A stretch of 38,317 nt of DNA from Chitinophagaceae bacterium (GCA_044361845.1 JBIKIB010000001.1:1-38317); one strand, 5' to 3'. Positions 19,614 to 28,639 are shown, counted from the stretch's first letter. The notes: generated by a model from the sequence alone, not told the origin. A program made the numbers and translations.

Positions 19614-20554
19614 TGACACAAAAAACATCGCTTTTAGCGATCATCATTGCCATGTTTGCGATATCCTGCGAAATGGTCGGCTTCGAAAAGACCAAATCAG
19701 GGTTAAGCTACAAGATCTTCCCCGGCGCCAATTCCAAGGATGCCGCAAAAAAAAGCGACACCCTCAAACCGGGTACCATCGTGAAGTTCAACTACAAACT
19801 GACCTACAACGACTCCGTACTGGGCTCTTCCTACGAGACCATTCCCGGATACGATATGGTCGACAGCAATCCAAGATTCCATGACTTCGCAGAAGTTCTC
19901 ACCAAACTTAGGGTGGGGGATAGCCTAGTGACCTATCAATACTATGATACCCTCGCAAAACAGAATCCTGCACAGATGCCACCGTTCCTGAAAAAAGGAT
20001 CCAAGATCAAAATGACGATCAAGATCCTGGATACCATTCCTAATGGTATGGCAGGTGTCCAGGAAGATGTCATGAAAGAAGAAGAAGGCGTTTTCAAGCG
20101 TGAATCTGCAAGGATCGAGAAGTACATCGCCGTAAAAAAGCTGAATGTCAAAAAAATTAATAATGTCTACATCGAAGTCATCTCTGAAGGCAATGGCCTT
20201 GCAGCAGATTCCGGAAAATATGTCGGCGTGAATTACAGCGGCTATACCCTCGAAGGCAAATACTTCGATTCAAACACCGACACCACTAAACAAGAGCAGA
20301 AACATCCCCTGGAGCCTTTCTATTGCTGGTCAAAGCAGTCAGGAGCGATCCCAGGCATGCTCGAAGGCATCTCCCATTTCAAGGAAGGTGGTAAAGGCCG
20401 CTTGATCATCCCGTCATCCATGGCTTATGGAAGACAAGGTGGTGGTGCAGTGATCAAACCCTACGAACCGCTGATCTTCGACATCGAAATCGTGAAAGTG
20501 AAAGACTCTACGATGCCCGGAATGGATATGAGTCAGTTCCAGCCGGGAAACTGA
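19613..20554 (+). CDS. FKBP-type peptidyl-prolyl isomerase lipoprotein
   Basis: Lipobox AISC; degenerate N-terminal FKBP-like half; C-terminal VNYSG.TLEGKYFDS, IPGM.EG, IIPSSMAYG and LIFDIEIV. Confidence 0.9.
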   Translation: MTQKTSLLAIIIAMFAISCEMVGFEKTKSGLSYKIFPGANSKDAAKKSDTLKPGTIVKFNYKLTYNDSVLGSSYETIPGYDMVDSNPRFHDFAEVLTKLRVGDSLVTYQYYDTLAKQNPAQMPPFLKKGSKIKMTIKILDTIPNGMAGVQEDVMKEEEGVFKRESARIEKYIAVKKLNVKKINNVYIEVISEGNGLAADSGKYVGVNYSGYTLEGKYFDSNTDTTKQEQKHPLEPFYCWSKQSGAIPGMLEGISHFKEGGKGRLIIPSSMAYGRQGGGAVIKPYEPLIFDIEIVKVKDSTMPGMDMSQFQPGN

Positions 20555-20570
20555 CCCCGATAACAAATTC

Positions 20571-20601
20571 AAAAAGTCCTGCCACTGGCGGGACTTTTTT
20601 T
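20571..20601. terminator. Bidirectional intrinsic terminator between FKBP and folP
   Basis: AAAAAGTCCTGCC-ACT-GGCGGGACTTTTTTT, flanked by A and T tracts. Confidence 0.9.
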
Positions 20602-20610
20602 ATGACCGGA

Positions 20611-21432
20611 TCAGGATCTGCAAACCAGTGCAACAGCTTGTTGCGCCTCCCGTACATCATGTACCCGAAGGATATCAGCACCCCGCATAAGCGCAATGGT
20701 ATGCAGCACCGTGGTGCCGTTCAGTGCATCTTCCGCTGAAACATCAAGTGCCTTCTGGATCATGGATTTCCTCGAAAGCCCCACCAGCAAAGGTGCATCC
20801 TGCAGTTTCAACCGTTCTAGACCGCGAAGCATCTCAAAGTTGTGATCTACCGTCTTGCCAAACCCGAAACCCGGGTCCACGATCACTTCCTCTATGCCGG
20901 CAGCCCGGCATTGCATGATCCTATCATGCAAGAAAGTTCTTACCTCAGCCACCACATCCGAATAAACAGGCGCTTCCTGCATGTCTTCCGGACGCCCCTT
21001 CATGTGCATGCATATGTACGGAACATGCAAAGTAGCCACGACAGACAGCATGAACGGATCCATGAAACCAGCACTGATATCATTCACGATCTGCGCCCCG
21101 GCAACCACAGCATGACGCGCGACAGAAGCATGATAGGTGTCCACGGATATCACCACGGCAGGGAAATGCGTATGAATTGCCTCGATGACAGGTAATACAC
21201 GGTCGGATTCTTCAGCATCCGACACGCGTATGCTTCCCGGCCGGGTGCTTTGTCCTCCGACATCCAGGATGTCAGCTCCTTCCTCCATCATTTCCCCGGC
21301 CCTGTCAAGGCAGGCCTGAACCCCCATGTATCGACTCCCGGCAAAGAAAGAATCGACTGTGACATTCAGGATTCCCATGATCAGTGGCCTTTCGAAGCTT
21401 CGCAAACGGCCATTCAATTTCAGAGAGAACAT
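20611..21432 (-). CDS. folP: Dihydropteroate synthase
   Basis: MGILNVTVDSF, DVGGQSTRPG, SVDT, VNDIS, DPGFGFGK, GLSRKS and LRVHDV. Confidence 0.97.
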   Translation of the reverse strand: MFSLKLNGRLRSFERPLIMGILNVTVDSFFAGSRYMGVQACLDRAGEMMEEGADILDVGGQSTRPGSIRVSDAEESDRVLPVIEAIHTHFPAVVISVDTYHASVARHAVVAGAQIVNDISAGFMDPFMLSVVATLHVPYICMHMKGRPEDMQEAPVYSDVVAEVRTFLHDRIMQCRAAGIEEVIVDPGFGFGKTVDHNFEMLRGLERLKLQDAPLLVGLSRKSMIQKALDVSAEDALNGTTVLHTIALMRGADILRVHDVREAQQAVALVCRS

Positions 21433-21446
21433 TTTAATGAGTTGAT

Positions 21447-21521
21447 TACATTTGCTGATTCAATGAATACCGAAATGGGTCATGATGACCCGGAACCGGC
21501 CACACCCAAGCATCAAAAGTA
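21447..21521. promoter_or_regulatory. Face-to-face -7 elements (TACATTTG on +, TACTTTTG on -) flanking the palindrome GGGTCAT-G-ATGACCC
   Basis: + element at 21447-21454, - element at 21514-21521, perfect 7-1-7 palindrome at 21477-21491. All share the axis at 21484. Confidence 0.55.
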
Positions 21522-21528
21522 CAGGAGA

Positions 21529-22077
21529 ATGTCCACCCACAAGCAATATGACCAGGTGATCGGTTCCTGCAAAGAGCTGTTCCTTCACAAGACCCGCGAC
21601 TACGGCACTTCCTGGCGCGTACTGAGGATCATCTCCGTCGCGGATCAGCTCTTCATTAAAGCTCAACGCATCAGAACCATACAACAGCATAAAACTCAAA
21701 GGATAGGAGATAGCATAAGTTCCGAATTCACCGGAATCGTGAACTATTCAGTGATCGGACTCATTCAGCTTGAACTGGAAACGATATCCGTTGAAGATCT
21801 GCCCATCGAACATGTCGAACCCATGTACGACCGGGTGGTTTCAGATGCGAAAAAACTGATGCTCGACAAGAACCATGACTATGGGGAAGCGTGGCGGGAT
21901 ATGAGCCAGGAAAGCTTTACAGACCTGATCCTGGTAAAGCTCCTGCGCATCAGGCAGATCCTTGCCAATGACGGAAGGACGACCGTCAGTGAAGGCATCG
22001 CATCCAACCTTACAGATATCCTCAATTATGCTGTATTTGCCCTGATCCTGATCGGGGAAGGAAAACATTCCAATTAA
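21529..22077 (+). CDS. Tandem DUF1599 (nucleotide-modification-associated domain 1) protein
   Basis: Two repeats: KTRDYGTSW...IKAQRIR...IVNYS and KNHDYGEAW...VKLLRIR...DILNYA. Start at MSTHK (the ATG at 21463 is an alternative). Confidence 0.85.
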   Translation: MSTHKQYDQVIGSCKELFLHKTRDYGTSWRVLRIISVADQLFIKAQRIRTIQQHKTQRIGDSISSEFTGIVNYSVIGLIQLELETISVEDLPIEHVEPMYDRVVSDAKKLMLDKNHDYGEAWRDMSQESFTDLILVKLLRIRQILANDGRTTVSEGIASNLTDILNYAVFALILIGEGKHSN

Positions 22078-22113
22078 GAACTCGGATCAAACCGATCAAA
22101 AACTGTCACGATC

Positions 22114-23235
22114 ATGAAAATCATTCTGCAAGCATCCCGAATACTGGTCGGAGTACTGTTCATCTTCAGCGGCCTGATCAAAGCCAATGACCCGGCCGGA
22201 CTGAGCTATAAGATGCAGGAATTCTTCGAAGTATGGGGTCTTCACGGCTTCAACGATTATACACTTACCCTCTCAGTTCTGATGATCGCCTTCGAGATCA
22301 TCGCCGGAGTGGCGGTGCTGCTGGGTTGGCAATTCTCCCTATTCAGCTGGCTCCTGCTGATCCTGATCGTGTTCTTCACATTCCTGACAGGCTATGCTTT
22401 GTTCTCCGGAAAGATCAGGGAATGCGGATGTTTCGGTGATTGCATAAAACTCACGGCAGATGAATCCTTTGTCAAGGACATCATCCTTCTCATCCTCATA
22501 GGCCTGCTGCTGATCTACCAGAAAAACATCAAACCAATGTTCGGGGATGTTGCATCTCTTGGAGTACTCTTGCTGACCGCCGCAGCCTCTTTTGGTCTGC
22601 AGGCTTATGTGCTGAAATACCTGCCCCTGGTGGATTGTCTTCCTTATAAAATAGGAAGCAATATCTCCGAGAATATGAAGATCCCCGTAGGATCCATCCC
22701 CGACAGCACCGTGATCAATTTTGTTTATCTGAAAGATGGTAAAGAAGTTGAATTCGATGCCGGAAGTTTTCCTGATGACTTCAATGACTCCACTTACCAG
22801 TTTGTAAAAAGATACGACAAGGTCGTCAGGATCGGAAATGCACAACCACCCATCAAAGATTTCGTGATCATCTCCCAAACAGGGAATGATACCACCAAAG
22901 CAATCCTGGAAAAAGAAGGCAGGATCCTCGTGGTATTTTCGAAATCCCTACCGAAGGACACGAGAAAATGGGGTTGGGTAGATGAGTTTAAATCGCTTAG
23001 AGAAAAGGCTGACAAAAGCAATATCCCGATCATTTGGGTGTCATCGGATGCGGATAACCTCGCGGAAGGATTAGCCACCTTGGGTATGCAGCAAATGGTG
23101 GTCATGAAAGGGGATGCGGTTGCCATTAAGACAGCCGCCAGGGTGGACCCGAGCATCTACCTCCTGAATAAGGGTACGATTGAAGGAAAGTGGTCATATG
23201 CTGATTTCTCAAAGGTCGCTTCAGCATTTTACTAA
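22114..23235 (+). CDS. DoxX/MauE-family (BT_3928-like) membrane protein with periplasmic domain
   Basis: R.LVG.LFIFSGLIKANDP.G, CGCFGD, five TM segments and KTAARVDP.IYLL.KGTI.GKW. Confidence 0.85.
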   Translation: MKIILQASRILVGVLFIFSGLIKANDPAGLSYKMQEFFEVWGLHGFNDYTLTLSVLMIAFEIIAGVAVLLGWQFSLFSWLLLILIVFFTFLTGYALFSGKIRECGCFGDCIKLTADESFVKDIILLILIGLLLIYQKNIKPMFGDVASLGVLLLTAAASFGLQAYVLKYLPLVDCLPYKIGSNISENMKIPVGSIPDSTVINFVYLKDGKEVEFDAGSFPDDFNDSTYQFVKRYDKVVRIGNAQPPIKDFVIISQTGNDTTKAILEKEGRILVVFSKSLPKDTRKWGWVDEFKSLREKADKSNIPIIWVSSDADNLAEGLATLGMQQMVVMKGDAVAIKTAARVDPSIYLLNKGTIEGKWSYADFSKVASAFY

Positions 23236-23253
23236 AGCGAAAATCAACAGATA

Positions 23254-24300
23254 TTGACCGGATACATACTCAGAAAGCTCACTTACGGCACGCTGGTACT
23301 CATAGGGGTCGTAGTGGTCGTTTTCTTTCTCTTTCAGGGAATTGGAGATCCGGCAAGGCTCGTCATGGGGCAGACCGGAGACGCAGCAACACTCGCGAAT
23401 ATCCGGAAAGAACTCTACCTTGACCAGCCTAAAACAAAACAGCTCCTGTTTTATATGAATGACATATCCCCGATATCTTTTCATTCGGAGACAGAGATCA
23501 GGGAGAAAAATCTGAAGGGATTTTTCTGGGGAAACCAGTATAAAGCAGGCCTGAAGATCCCCTACATGCGACGATCCTACCAAAGTAAGAAAGAAGTCTG
23601 GGATATATTGATGGATGCATTGCCGGGTACCGTCCTCCTCGCATTGTCAGCCCTTCTCATCGCTGTGGCTTCCGGTATCCCATTGGGCGTCGCTGCCGCT
23701 GTCAGGAACAACACATGGACCGACAGATCGGCTGTCTTCAGCAGTGTGATCGGTATATCCGCGCCTTCGTTTTTCATGGGAATCCTTATCGCATACCTCT
23801 TCGGTTTCGTTTGGCACCGCTTCACCGGACTTCACATGACCGGAAGTCTGTTTGATCTCGACCCCTACGAGGGGAAGACCATGCAACTACAAAACCTGAT
23901 CCTTCCGGCAGTAACACTTGGACTCAGGCCACTCGCCATCATCACCCAGCTTACCCGCAGCGCGATGCTGGATGTACTCAACCAGGACTATATCCGCACT
24001 GCAAGAGCAAAAGGACTCTCAGAAAGAACAGTGATATGGAGGCATGCGGTCCCCAATGCGATGAACCCCGTAGTGACGGCCATCACAGGATGGTTCGCAG
24101 AACTGCTCGCAGGGGCCTTTTTCGTGGAATATATCTTCGGATGGAAAGGTATCGGAAAGATGACGGTGGATGCTTTGGAAAAATTGGATTATCCCGTCGT
24201 CATGGGTTCCATCCTGTTGACAGCAGCATTATTCGTACTGGTGAACATCATCGCAGATCTCCTCTACGCCTGGCTTGATCCAAGAGTCAGGATACAATGA
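23254..24300 (+). CDS. Peptide/nickel ABC transporter permease (DppB/OppB-like)
   Basis: GDPARL.G, LDQP, LILPA.TL, YIRTARAKGL (EAA loop), VEYIF.W.GIG and DLLYAWLDPR. Confidence 0.92.
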   Translation: MTGYILRKLTYGTLVLIGVVVVVFFLFQGIGDPARLVMGQTGDAATLANIRKELYLDQPKTKQLLFYMNDISPISFHSETEIREKNLKGFFWGNQYKAGLKIPYMRRSYQSKKEVWDILMDALPGTVLLALSALLIAVASGIPLGVAAAVRNNTWTDRSAVFSSVIGISAPSFFMGILIAYLFGFVWHRFTGLHMTGSLFDLDPYEGKTMQLQNLILPAVTLGLRPLAIITQLTRSAMLDVLNQDYIRTARAKGLSERTVIWRHAVPNAMNPVVTAITGWFAELLAGAFFVEYIFGWKGIGKMTVDALEKLDYPVVMGSILLTAALFVLVNIIADLLYAWLDPRVRIQ

Positions 24301-24394
24301 TACATTTCATGATCTTTTACGATCAAAATCATGCCATCTCTTGATTGAAAAATCAGTTTCTTTAGGTAAATTGTATGTAAACAAGCATACGCAT

Positions 24395-24829
24395 ATGAAA
24401 AAAGTATCTGATATTTTCAAGCGGAAAGGCTTCAGCAATGTGACCATCTTACCAACAGCAACCGTCAGGGAAGCACTCCGGCTCATGGCAGAGAAAAATA
24501 TAGGGTCGGTTGTCGTCATGCAGGAAGAAATTTATATCGGGCTTTTCACAGAACGTGACTATGCCAGAAAAGTGATCCTCCACGGTAAATCATCCAACGA
24601 ACTCACCGTAGCCGAGATCATGTCAGAATACCTGCCCCGCGTAAGCCAGGAAAACACCATGGAAGAATGTATGGAGATCATGACAAACCACAATATCAGA
24701 TACCTACCGGTTTTTGATGATGAACGATACACCGGTGTGATCTCCATCATAGATGTGGTGAAAGAAACCATCCACGATCAAAAAGTAAGGATCGAACAGT
24801 TGCAGGATTACATCCACGGGGCTGTTTGA
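24395..24829 (+). CDS. CBS domain pair protein
   Basis: ALRLMAEKNIGSVVV, GLFTERDYARKV, IRYLPV and GVISIIDVVK. Start at MKKVS. Confidence 0.9.
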   Translation: MKKVSDIFKRKGFSNVTILPTATVREALRLMAEKNIGSVVVMQEEIYIGLFTERDYARKVILHGKSSNELTVAEIMSEYLPRVSQENTMEECMEIMTNHNIRYLPVFDDERYTGVISIIDVVKETIHDQKVRIEQLQDYIHGAV

Positions 24830-24840
24830 ACGGGAATGAC

Positions 24841-25125
24841 TTATTGGATCACTACTTCTCCGATCAGGTTCTCACCCATCTCTTCATTCACCCGAATGAT
24901 GATCTGGGACTTCTGATAGAGTAATTCCGTGCGAAGAGGAGCAACAGACGTATGTATGAAAAGCGTTCGGTTCACGATATGTATCCGGTCGGTATACCGC
25001 GCGATCGTCTTACCCATGAGTTTCTCCCAGACATCCTCTATCTGAAGGGCAAGGATGCTATTACCCATCTTGCTGGTCTTGAGGAATTTCTCCAATGCTT
25101 GTGACAAAGATATCTCAGCAGACAA
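24841..25125 (-). CDS. dciA: DUF721 / DciA-family protein
   Basis: 94 aa; WEKLMGKTIARYT, LFI..SVAPLRTEL and VNEEMG; directly downstream of recF. Confidence 0.8.
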   Translation of the reverse strand: MSAEISLSQALEKFLKTSKMGNSILALQIEDVWEKLMGKTIARYTDRIHIVNRTLFIHTSVAPLRTELLYQKSQIIIRVNEEMGENLIGEVVIQ

Positions 25126-25141
25126 TTTATTGTTGTTTTAT

Positions 25142-25149
25142 CAAAAGTA
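25142..25149 (-). promoter_or_regulatory. -7 element TACTTTTG for DUF721
   Basis: CAAAAGTA on +, 16 nt upstream of the TTG start. Confidence 0.5.
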
Positions 25150-25160
25150 ACAAAAGCATA

Positions 25161-26243
25161 TCAGAGTCTGATCAATTGAAATTCAACACCACTTCTGCCC
25201 AGAACTTCTCGTATCCTTAGCTCATGCGTGTCTGTAAGAAAGACCTGTCCGCCATTTTCGCGACATACCCAATCCAGCAGATTCTGCATCCGCGACTCAT
25301 CCAGCTTTTCAAAAAGATCGTCCAATAAGAGCAACGGTGCGAATCCCTTTGCGATTTTCAATACCTCGAACTCAGCAAGCTTCAACGCGAACAACATGCT
25401 CTTACGCTGCCCCTGTGAGCCCATCTGCCGGAACGCCTCCCCATGCAGACGCAGCTCTATATCATCCCGGTGGATGCCATGTCGGGTGCGCTGCAACATG
25501 AGATCATGCTGACGGCTCTCTTTCAACAACTCAGCCAATGGCTTTTGTTGAAGGGGACTGACATAAAAAAGCTCCGGTCGTTCCGATTCTCCGGCCACCA
25601 CTTCATAGAAAAACTGCACCTGCGGAAGAAACGCTTTCATGAACGCATCTCTTGCTTTAAAAATCCAGGTACCCGCAACAGAAAACTGATCATCAATGAC
25701 TTCCAGCAAGGAGTACCCAAGAGATGGTTGTGTCGATATCTGCTTCAACAGACTATTTCGTTCCTGCAGGATCTTGTTGTGCCGGATGAGCATTTGCAGA
25801 TACTCAGGGTCCGTCTGTGAAAGGATCGTGTCGATGAAACGACGGCGTCCTTCGGGTCCTTCACTCACAAGTGCTATGTCGTCAGGTGCAATGAAGACTA
25901 CCGGTAACCGCCCGATATGAGCAGAAAACCGATTGCATGTTTCCCCATTGACAATGAATTCTTTTTTCCCGTTTTCCCTTAAAATACACACTGTCTGTAA
26001 CGACGCATCGTGCATGGACCAATCCCCGTCAATCCTGAAACCCTGACAACCGGTTCGCACCGAACCCGGGTCACTTCTGGAAAAATAACTCTTCGTGAAA
26101 CACAAATAGTGGATCGCATCCAACAGATTCGTCTTACCAACGCCATTGGGACCGCAAAAAGCAACAACCCTATCCGAGAATTCAAAATGCCCGTAAGGAT
26201 AGTTCCGGAATTGAGTGATTAATATCTGTCGGAGTCCGAGCAA
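25161..26243 (-). CDS. recF: DNA replication and repair protein RecF
   Basis: FRNY, GPNGVGKTNLLDAI (Walker A), RRRFID, GIHRDD, GSQGQRKS and LLLLDD. Confidence 0.96.
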   Translation of the reverse strand: MLGLRQILITQFRNYPYGHFEFSDRVVAFCGPNGVGKTNLLDAIHYLCFTKSYFSRSDPGSVRTGCQGFRIDGDWSMHDASLQTVCILRENGKKEFIVNGETCNRFSAHIGRLPVVFIAPDDIALVSEGPEGRRRFIDTILSQTDPEYLQMLIRHNKILQERNSLLKQISTQPSLGYSLLEVIDDQFSVAGTWIFKARDAFMKAFLPQVQFFYEVVAGESERPELFYVSPLQQKPLAELLKESRQHDLMLQRTRHGIHRDDIELRLHGEAFRQMGSQGQRKSMLFALKLAEFEVLKIAKGFAPLLLLDDLFEKLDESRMQNLLDWVCRENGGQVFLTDTHELRIREVLGRSGVEFQLIRL

Positions 26244-26257
26244 TGGAATATTTCACA

Positions 26258-26265
26258 CAAACTTA
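26258..26265 (-). promoter_or_regulatory. -7 element TAAGTTTG for recF
   Basis: CAAACTTA on +, 14 nt upstream of the TTG start. Confidence 0.6.
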
Positions 26266-26308
26266 AGCCAAGCGTTCAAATTTGGATGATTTCTCCCGTG
26301 AGATGAAA

Positions 26309-26338
26309 TTTGTAAATAGCATTTTCACACTATATTTG
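26309..26338 (+). promoter_or_regulatory. Sigma-A promoter for the pdhA run (-33 TTTG, -7 TATATTTG)
   Basis: TTTG at 26309-26312, 18-nt spacer, TATATTTG at 26331-26338. Confidence 0.65.
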
Positions 26339-26356
26339 CCCCTCAAATTGTTTTCA

Positions 26357-27367
26357 GTGGCTACATCAAGGAACAATCCCCCTAAATTCAGCAAGGAAAC
26401 TTACAAATACTGGTACGAACTCATGCTCTTGTTGCGCAAGTTCGAGGAAAAAGCCGGTCAGCTCTATGGTATGCAGAAGATCCGTGGATTTTGCCACCTG
26501 TACATTGGCCAGGAAGCACTTGCAGCAGGTTGCATGTCCGCTACCCAACCAGATGACATGTTCATCACAGCGTATCGCGACCATGGGCTTGCCCTCGCAA
26601 AAGGCATCACCGCAAACGCCTGCATGGCCGAGCTCTACGGAAAAGCAACAGGCTGCTCCAAGGGAAAAGGTGGAAGCATGCACTTCTTCGGTAAAAAAGA
26701 ACGATTCTTTGGTGGTCATGGTATCGTTGGCGCACAGATCGGAACAGGTGCTGGATTGGCTTTTGCCGAAAAATACAACGGAACTGAAAATGTTTGCCTG
26801 ACTTTCTTTGGTGATGGTGCCGCACGTCAGGGAATGTTGCACGAGACATTCAACCTGGCGATGATCTGGAAACTGCCTGTTGTTTTCATTTGCGAGAACA
26901 ATAACTACGCAATGGGCACGTCCGTAGCCCGCACATCCAACGTTGTGGATATTTATAAACTGGCGGACGCTTACGATATGCCAGGTGACTCCGTCGATGG
27001 TATGGACCCCGAAGCCATCCACGAAGCTGTTGCCAGAGCTGTAAAAAGAGCAAGGGCGGGAGATGGACCAACCCTGCTGGAAATGAAAACCTATCGTTAC
27101 AAAGGTCACTCCATGAGTGATCCCCAAAAGTATCGTACGAAAGAGGAAGTGGAAGAATATAAAGACCGTGATCCTATCGAAGTGGTAAAAGAAAAACTGC
27201 TCTCCAATTTCAATATGACCGCACTGGAAATTGAGGCTATCAATGATGAGATAAAAAATATCGTCGAAGAATCCGTGAAGTTCGCGGAAGAAAGCCCATG
27301 GCCGTCTGATGACGAATTGCTCAAAGATGTCTATGTCCAGGCAGACTACCCGTTCATAACGGATTGA
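26357..27367 (+). CDS. pdhA: Pyruvate dehydrogenase E1 alpha subunit
   Basis: IRGFCHLYIGQEA, YRDHG, GKGGSMH, GDGA..QG...ENN (TPP motif) and YRYKGHSMSDP. GTG start chosen downstream of the promoter. Confidence 0.96.
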   Translation: MATSRNNPPKFSKETYKYWYELMLLLRKFEEKAGQLYGMQKIRGFCHLYIGQEALAAGCMSATQPDDMFITAYRDHGLALAKGITANACMAELYGKATGCSKGKGGSMHFFGKKERFFGGHGIVGAQIGTGAGLAFAEKYNGTENVCLTFFGDGAARQGMLHETFNLAMIWKLPVVFICENNNYAMGTSVARTSNVVDIYKLADAYDMPGDSVDGMDPEAIHEAVARAVKRARAGDGPTLLEMKTYRYKGHSMSDPQKYRTKEEVEEYKDRDPIEVVKEKLLSNFNMTALEIEAINDEIKNIVEESVKFAEESPWPSDDELLKDVYVQADYPFITD

Positions 27368-27434
27368 TCAAGACAGAAAATTTTTGTTCCTCATACACTC
27401 AGGATTTTTCCTGTAAACATTAAATAAACCGAAA

Positions 27435-28112
27435 ATGGCAGATAATATCATACCGGAGATCGAGTCAGATGAAATCCTAAACAGAGCAAAAGGGTTTTGG
27501 GAAAAGAACAGCAAAAATATCCTGATCTCGGCTGCCGCATTCATATTTATAGTTGGTGGCTATCTGGGATACAAGAATTTCATCCAACTGCCAAATGAAC
27601 AAAAAGCACAGGAAGAGATCTTCCGGGCAGAAGAAAACTTCAGAAGGGATTCCCTGTCACTTGCACTGAATGGTGATGCCAATACCCCCGGATTTCTTAA
27701 AGTGATCAGTAAATACGGTGGCACCCCTTCAGGGAATATAGCCAGACTCTATGCCGGAGAATGTTACCTGCATCTCGGAGATTTTAAAAATGCAGTGAAG
27801 AATCTTGAAGATTTCAATGACAATGGTGCAAGGCAGATCGGTGCGAAAGCGGAAGGATTGTTAGGCGATGCGTATTCTGAACTCAAACAGAATGATAAAG
27901 CCATCAAACACTACCGGAAAGCAGGATCCATGTTCGAAGAAGATCAGGCCATTTCGTCTGAATATTTGTTCAGGGCAGCACTTTTACTGGAGATGACCGG
28001 CAGCAACAAAGAAGCCGGAGAAGTATACCAGCAACTTAAAGACAAATTTCCACGTACGGAAAAGGGATTCGTAGCAGAGAAACACCTCGCCCGTCTCGGA
28101 ATCACAAAATAA
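27435..28112 (+). CDS. Membrane-anchored tetratricopeptide repeat protein (YfgM-like)
   Basis: Single N-terminal TM; ALNGD...GFL; TPR helices (YAGECY, LLGDAY, YLFRAA). Confidence 0.8.
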   Translation: MADNIIPEIESDEILNRAKGFWEKNSKNILISAAAFIFIVGGYLGYKNFIQLPNEQKAQEEIFRAEENFRRDSLSLALNGDANTPGFLKVISKYGGTPSGNIARLYAGECYLHLGDFKNAVKNLEDFNDNGARQIGAKAEGLLGDAYSELKQNDKAIKHYRKAGSMFEEDQAISSEYLFRAALLLEMTGSNKEAGEVYQQLKDKFPRTEKGFVAEKHLARLGITK

Positions 28113-28132
28113 TTCCCATAAAAAAGGCTCAT

Positions 28133-28639
28133 ATGGCCAGTCAAGGGAACTCCAACATACAAGTACCTACCGGCGGTTTCTCATGGGCTTCCACATCTGT
28201 AGTCATCGTACGCACACAGTGGAACGCTGCCATTTTAAACGAACTTGAGAAAGGATGCAAGGAAAAACTGACAGAAGCTGGAGTTCATGATATCCGCGTC
28301 ATGACCGTGCCAGGCGTTGTGGAGATCCCCTTCGCCGTGAAACAATATTGGGAAGCATACAAATACAGGGATGACAAACCAGCTGCCTTCATCGCATTGG
28401 GTTGTGTTATTCAGGGAGATACGCCTCATTTCGATCATGTCTGCAACATCGTCACCCAAGGTACTCTTCAACTTAATCTGTCTCTCCCGACACCTACTAT
28501 TTTCGGGATATTGACGGTTTTGAACGAAACACAAGCATGGGAAAGATTGGGTGGCAAGCATGGTCATAAAGGCGAAGAAGCCGCACTTACTGCAATGTCC
28601 ATGATCGTATTGGCGCAATCCTTTCGAAACAGGACCTGA
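28133..28639 (+). CDS. ribH: 6,7-dimethyl-8-ribityllumazine synthase
   Basis: WN..I, VPGVVEIP, LGCVIQGDTPHFDHV, FGILT, ER.GG and KGEEAA. Confidence 0.95.
   Translation: MASQGNSNIQVPTGGFSWASTSVVIVRTQWNAAILNELEKGCKEKLTEAGVHDIRVMTVPGVVEIPFAVKQYWEAYKYRDDKPAAFIALGCVIQGDTPHFDHVCNIVTQGTLQLNLSLPTPTIFGILTVLNETQAWERLGGKHGHKGEEAALTAMSMIVLAQSFRNRT

Noticed and set aside
21250-21528. N-terminal extension of DUF1599 overlapping folP
   Set aside because: Non-homologous upstream open frame; the conserved part begins near 21529.
26366-27127. 253-aa antisense ORF within pdhA
   Set aside because: Codon-symmetric shadow of a highly conserved gene; no motifs.
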